Position numbers and translations under genes: made by a program
Virus record (IMG/VR): IMGVR_UViG_3300050330_000106
Location: 1 to 39,512 of that record
From: a virus
Taxonomy: Duplodnaviria > Caudoviricetes
DNA: 39,512 nt
Strand: one strand, 5' to 3'
Part shown: positions 36,054 through 39,512 of the stretch, one piece after another
How positions within the stretch are numbered: the stretch's first letter is position 1
Layout: each line of letters starts with the position of its first letter
Notes under the pieces: model-generated
Databases searched by the model: none
What the model saw: only the letters and a program-made list of their open reading frames with translations
Told to the model about the DNA's origin: nothing

Positions 36054-37939
36054 TGAGCGACGCGCCGACGCCCGATCTGCTGTTCGCCGACCCGCCTCCG
36101 GCGGGCGGTGATTTGCTGTTCGGCGCGTCGTCGGCGCCATCCCCGTCGGTCGTCCGCGCAACGCTCGCCGTCGGGCTGCCGCTGCTGCAGCTCGCCGTGA
36201 GCGTTGCGCGGGTGCGCCGCATCTCCCTGGCGTTGTCGCTCCCCGCGCTGCAAATGCGGGCGGCCGCACAATGGGATAGCCGCACCGAGCGCCCGCTCGC
36301 CCACAACCTCGCGGCGCCGCACCAGCAAGCTGAGCGCTCGCCGGCCCCCGCATTGCGAGCGCCACACGACCAGGCCGCGCCGCTCGCCGTCGGCGCAGCC
36401 GTTCGGCATGAGGACGGCGCCCCGGCCGGGGAGCAGGCGGCGCTGCACCATCGCGACGCCGGACATACTCGCACCGCGGCAACGTCCCGTCATGCTGACG
36501 GCAGCGCAGTCCGCGCGCACCGCGCCGCCCCGCACCAGGACTCGATCCACGCCCGCCGCCAAATCCTCGCGCGCCATCGAGAGGCGGCCGGCCTGCGCGT
36601 CCGCCGCTCCGCGCAACATGAAGACGCGCTGCGCCTGCGCCGCAGCGGCACGAGCCGCTTCACCGCTGCCCGGTCGAGCGGCCTGTGGCAACACGCCGCC
36701 CACGGCCCTGCGCTCCCCGCCGGCCGCTGGCTCGCGCCCGAGCATCAAGACGCCCGCCGTCCGCCCCCGGGGCGTTACGTCCTCGTCCCCCCCGTCACCC
36801 CGCCCCCGCAGCCGTTCGAGGTCGCGCCGGATCTGCTCTTCTGCCAGCCGTTCCCGACCAGCGCCGATTTGCTGTTCGGGTGGGTATGCGGCGACACCCC
36901 CGCCGGCACCGTTGTCATCCCCATCCGTGAGGTCTATCTCGTGATCAACAGTTTCGCGCTCGTCCGCGCCGACACCGGCGAGCCCGTCGAGGTCGAGACT
37001 TTCTCCGCCTCGCTCGACGTCGATAGCTGGTGCTGGGGCTGGTCTGCGAACCTGCCGGCGTCGCTGATGCCGCTCGTCCGCTCGCCCGCGCTCGGCGAGC
37101 ACGTCGAGTTGATCGCGACCCTCAACGGCACGCCGCTGCGCCTCGTCGTCGAGCGCATGGCGCGCGACCGCCGCTTCGGTGCATCCATGCTGCGGATCTC
37201 CGGCCGCAGCCGCGCCGCCTGGCTCGCCGACCCGCACGCCCCGATCGCTACCCGTTACAACACAGCAGCCTATACCGCGCAGCAGCTCCTCGCCGACGCG
37301 CTCACGGTCAATGGGGTGTCGATCGGCTGGTCGCTCGACTGGCGCATCGCCGACTGGCTCGTGCCTGCAGGCGCATGGAGCCACACCGGCACCTACATGG
37401 ACGCCGCGACCCGCCTCGCCGAGGCCGGCGGCGGCTACGTGCAGGCGCACGACAGCGATCAGACGCTGATCGTCCTGCCGCGTTACCCGGCTGCGCCGTG
37501 GAACTGGGCGGCGCAGACGCCCGACATCGACCTCCCCGAGGATGTCTGCGAAGTCGAAGGCATCGAGTGGCAGGACAAGCCCGCGTACAACGCCGTGTGG
37601 GTCACCGGCGGCGAGTCCGGCCGCCGCGACCGCATCCGCCGCGCCGGCACAGCCGCCGACCGCACTGCGCCGACCCTCGTCGACCCGCTCGCCACGGCCC
37701 CCGAAATGACCCGCGCTCGCGGCCTTGCGGTGCTGGCCGACACCGGCCGCCAGGCCCACATCAGCCTGCGCCTACCCGTGCTCCCCGAGACCGGCATCAT
37801 CCGCCCCGGCAAGCTCGTGCGCTACACCGAAGGCGGCAACACGCACCTCGGCCTCACCCGCGCCGTGCAGCTCGAGCAGCGCTTCCCCGACCTCTGGCAG
37901 ACGATCAAGGTGGAAACCCATGAGCTGGAACCCATATAA
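36053..37939 (+). CDS. Tail tip/hub-like protein with 14-residue His-periodic repeat region
   Basis: TGATG coupling. C-terminal hub-like domain (ISGRSRAAWLADP...DWLVPAGAWS...YNAVWVTG). Confidence 0.8.
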   Translation: MSDAPTPDLLFADPPPAGGDLLFGASSAPSPSVVRATLAVGLPLLQLAVSVARVRRISLALSLPALQMRAAAQWDSRTERPLAHNLAAPHQQAERSPAPALRAPHDQAAPLAVGAAVRHEDGAPAGEQAALHHRDAGHTRTAATSRHADGSAVRAHRAAPHQDSIHARRQILARHREAAGLRVRRSAQHEDALRLRRSGTSRFTAARSSGLWQHAAHGPALPAGRWLAPEHQDARRPPPGRYVLVPPVTPPPQPFEVAPDLLFCQPFPTSADLLFGWVCGDTPAGTVVIPIREVYLVINSFALVRADTGEPVEVETFSASLDVDSWCWGWSANLPASLMPLVRSPALGEHVELIATLNGTPLRLVVERMARDRRFGASMLRISGRSRAAWLADPHAPIATRYNTAAYTAQQLLADALTVNGVSIGWSLDWRIADWLVPAGAWSHTGTYMDAATRLAEAGGGYVQAHDSDQTLIVLPRYPAAPWNWAAQTPDIDLPEDVCEVEGIEWQDKPAYNAVWVTGGESGRRDRIRRAGTAADRTAPTLVDPLATAPEMTRARGLAVLADTGRQAHISLRLPVLPETGIIRPGKLVRYTEGGNTHLGLTRAVQLEQRFPDLWQTIKVETHELEPI

Positions 37940-38144
37940 GCGCCTCCTCGCCCTCGTCGCCGGCGCCCCCCTCGACGCCGGCCAGGTGACCGCCGTGACG
38001 ACCGACGGCGTCACCGTGCAGCTCGTCGACGGCGCAACGATCCACGCCCGCGGCGAGGCAGCGGTGGGCGAGCATGTGTATGTGCGGGGCGGGGTGATCG
38101 AGGGGCCCGCGCCGGCGCTGGTGGGCGTGGATCAGGAGGTGTGA
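37920..38144 (+). CDS. Small terminal tail protein
   Basis: NPYKRLL.L....PL..G.V.......V.L..G.....RG...VG..V.VRGG.IEG.AP. Confidence 0.75.
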   Translation: MSWNPYKRLLALVAGAPLDAGQVTAVTTDGVTVQLVDGATIHARGEAAVGEHVYVRGGVIEGPAPALVGVDQEV

Positions 38145-38166
38145 GGCGCGCGAGACGCCCAAAAGC

Positions 38167-38192
38167 AAAGAGACCGCCGCGGCGGTCTCTTT
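38167..38192. terminator. Bidirectional intrinsic terminator
   Basis: Perfect 26-bp palindrome AAAGAGACCGCCGCGGCGGTCTCTTT between the convergent tail operon and pilin gene. Confidence 0.85.
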
Positions 38193-38228
38193 TACTCCTA
38201 GAGGAAAGCTAGGAAATCGATCTCGTGT

Positions 38229-38681
38229 TTAGATGCGGCAGTTAGCCGGGACGAGGCCATTTCGAGCAGCATCGTCGACCGCGCATGCCCACTCAATGTT
38301 GCCCGTAGGCACCGGATCAGCATTCAGCGCGCTGCCCCCAACCGTCGGCGTTAGAGTGATGTCGTTGCCGCTCATTGCGCCCGTTGCCGCGGCGTAGGTA
38401 ATCGTGATTACCCCCGTGCCGTCTTCGATCGCGATGGTGGTAACGTTGTCAGTCGAGCCGCTCCACGTCCATCCGGACGTGGCTGCAGTCACGGCGCCTT
38501 GGCTGACGAATGTTTCTGCAACCGCTGCCTTGGCTGCCGAAGCGAGCCCCAACCCTTCAGTAACTCGCGCCCGGACCGTGTAATCCTGATAAGCCGGCAG
38601 CGCGACCGCCGCCAGAATGCCGATGATCGCGACGACGATCATCAGTTCGATCAGCGTAAAGCCTTGTTGAACCTTTTTCAT
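38229..38681 (-). CDS. pilA: Type IVa major pilin
   Basis: MKKVQQG^[27 protein letters not shown] class III signal with E5. C-terminal Cys pair (WAC...PANCR). 150 aa. Confidence 0.95.
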   Translation of the reverse strand: MKKVQQGFTLIELMIVVAIIGILAAVALPAYQDYTVRARVTEGLGLASAAKAAVAETFVSQGAVTAATSGWTWSGSTDNVTTIAIEDGTGVITITYAAATGAMSGNDITLTPTVGGSALNADPVPTGNIEWACAVDDAARNGLVPANCRI

Positions 38682-38732
38682 GATGTTCCCCTTTCGAGAT
38701 GTGCCACGGAAAACCCGCTTGGCAAGGGCATC

Positions 38733-38747
38733 GCAAGGGGCGTGCCA
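38733..38747 (-). promoter_or_regulatory. Sigma54 -24/-12 promoter of pilA
   Basis: Minus strand reads TGGCAC-GCCCC-TTGC with exact consensus spacing, about 50 nt upstream of the pilA ATG. Confidence 0.85.
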
Positions 38748-38790
38748 GGGCCGAGGCGTCCTATTTTCTGGGCCAGGTGGCATTTAAGGG

Positions 38791-38861
38791 TGTGACAGAG
38801 CGGAGCGGTGGCACACCCACCCGTGCCAAAGGTGCCGCCTGTCGCACCCCCCTGTGTCACA
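38791..38861. promoter_or_regulatory. Candidate upstream activator (PilR-type) sites
   Basis: TGTGACA (38791) and TGTCACA (38855) form an inverted pair, plus TGTCGCA (38840), upstream of the sigma54 promoter. Confidence 0.45.
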
Positions 38862-38954
38862 AACGCAGTTGCACGGCGGCCGCGCGCAGCCGCTCCCCGC
38901 GTTTCGCGCGAGGGGATAAACTATATTCTCCTCAGCCAGCCCGACCGAGCGCAC

Positions 38955-39512
38955 ATGCACTACATCTCCATCAACACGGCCGCGTCCCTCTCTGGACTCA
39001 GTAAGCGCACATTGTGGAGGCGGGTAGCGGACGGGCACCTTCGGGCGATCTCGACCGGTTCGGGTGAGCGGACGGGCATCGCGCTCGACGATGCAACCGC
39101 ACTGTCCCGGCTGCGTCTCGCTGCCGAGGACGGCGAACTGATCGTCGCCGCCGATGCAGGCGACCCGGACGCACAATGCGACCTCGCGCTGATGTTTCTC
39201 GCACAGGACTACGCCGAATCCGCGCTGCCGTGGCTCGAAGCCGCTGCCCGCCAGTACCACGCCGAAGCGATGCACTGGCTCGGCCGCTGCTATATCGCCG
39301 GCAAGGGAGTGCCCGCCGACGAGAAGCTCGGCGCCGACTGGATCTCGAAGGCGGCCAGCCGCGGGCACAGCACGGCCTCGCACATGGTTCGGTATCTCGA
39401 ATCCTCCGACCGTCCCCGCGAGCCCGCTGCTGTCGAAGCCGCGCTCGACGCGATCGAACGAAAAATTGTGCTTGCCGTCCTCGACGAGACCGCCTACTCG
39501 AGTCCGAGGTAA
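38955..39512 (+). CDS. Excisionase/MerR-like HTH fused to Sel1 repeats
   Basis: ISINTAASLSGLSKRTLWRRVADG HTH. Sel1 motifs GDPDAQCDLALMF...WLEAAARQ and AMHWLGRCYIAGKGVPADEKLGADWISKAASRGH. Confidence 0.8.
   Translation: MHYISINTAASLSGLSKRTLWRRVADGHLRAISTGSGERTGIALDDATALSRLRLAAEDGELIVAADAGDPDAQCDLALMFLAQDYAESALPWLEAAARQYHAEAMHWLGRCYIAGKGVPADEKLGADWISKAASRGHSTASHMVRYLESSDRPREPAAVEAALDAIERKIVLAVLDETAYSSPR

Larger units (their letters stand above)
938..38144. mobile_element. Mu-like transposable prophage with siphovirus-type tail (minimum extent; right end not located)
   Basis: Canonical Mu-type synteny c-ner-A-B-gam-gemA-mor-lysis-terminase-portal-F-G-I/Z-T-gp36-tail. No sheath or baseplate-wedge genes. 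Confidence 0.95.

Noticed and set aside
10831-38172. 12-bp identity AAAAGCAAAGAG at 10831 and 38161
   Set aside because: A single short match with no plausible boundary logic; likely chance.
38229-38681. Electrically conductive (e-pilin) interpretation
   Set aside because: Full-length pilin with sparse aromatic residues, not the truncated aromatic-dense type.
38809-38861. GTGCC-N8-CACCCCCC, resembling the inverted left end, as the phage right terminus
   Set aside because: No CA at the matching distance and no GGCAC target duplication follows. The motifs are equally explained as pilA upstream regulatory sites. Unproven rather than excluded.
1-39512. CRISPR array, diversity-generating retroelement, mom/com, or invertible G segment
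   Set aside because: No spaced repeats, reverse transcriptase, DNA modification gene or serine invertase was seen.

Overview
GC-rich window (probably a betaproteobacterium; inferred from codon style and gene families) occupied almost entirely by a Mu-like transposable prophage with a non-contractile tail. Gene order: probable left end at about 938, repressor (minus strand), ner, DDE transposase A, AAA ATPase B, semi-essential early genes (gam, rdgC, HU, gemA, mor), lysis, terminase, portal, F, G, protease/scaffold, capsid, neck, tail tube, tape measure and tail tip, ending at 38144. To its left is a tyrosine integrase cut short by a stop codon before its catalytic HxxR/Y. To its right, with no room for a Mu right end, lie a complete sigma54-driven type IVa pilin gene and an HTH+Sel1 gene, which may be phage cargo. 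Other notable points: the major capsid protein carries a 41-aa signal-peptide-like N-terminal extension; a two-gene DUF1828-type module sits at the G-I accessory hotspot; there are morons in the early and terminase regions; no tail-assembly chaperone lies between tail tube and tape measure; and the operator/IHF/Pe switch and three copies of a late-promoter motif can be read directly. All family calls come from visual motif recognition, not database searches.
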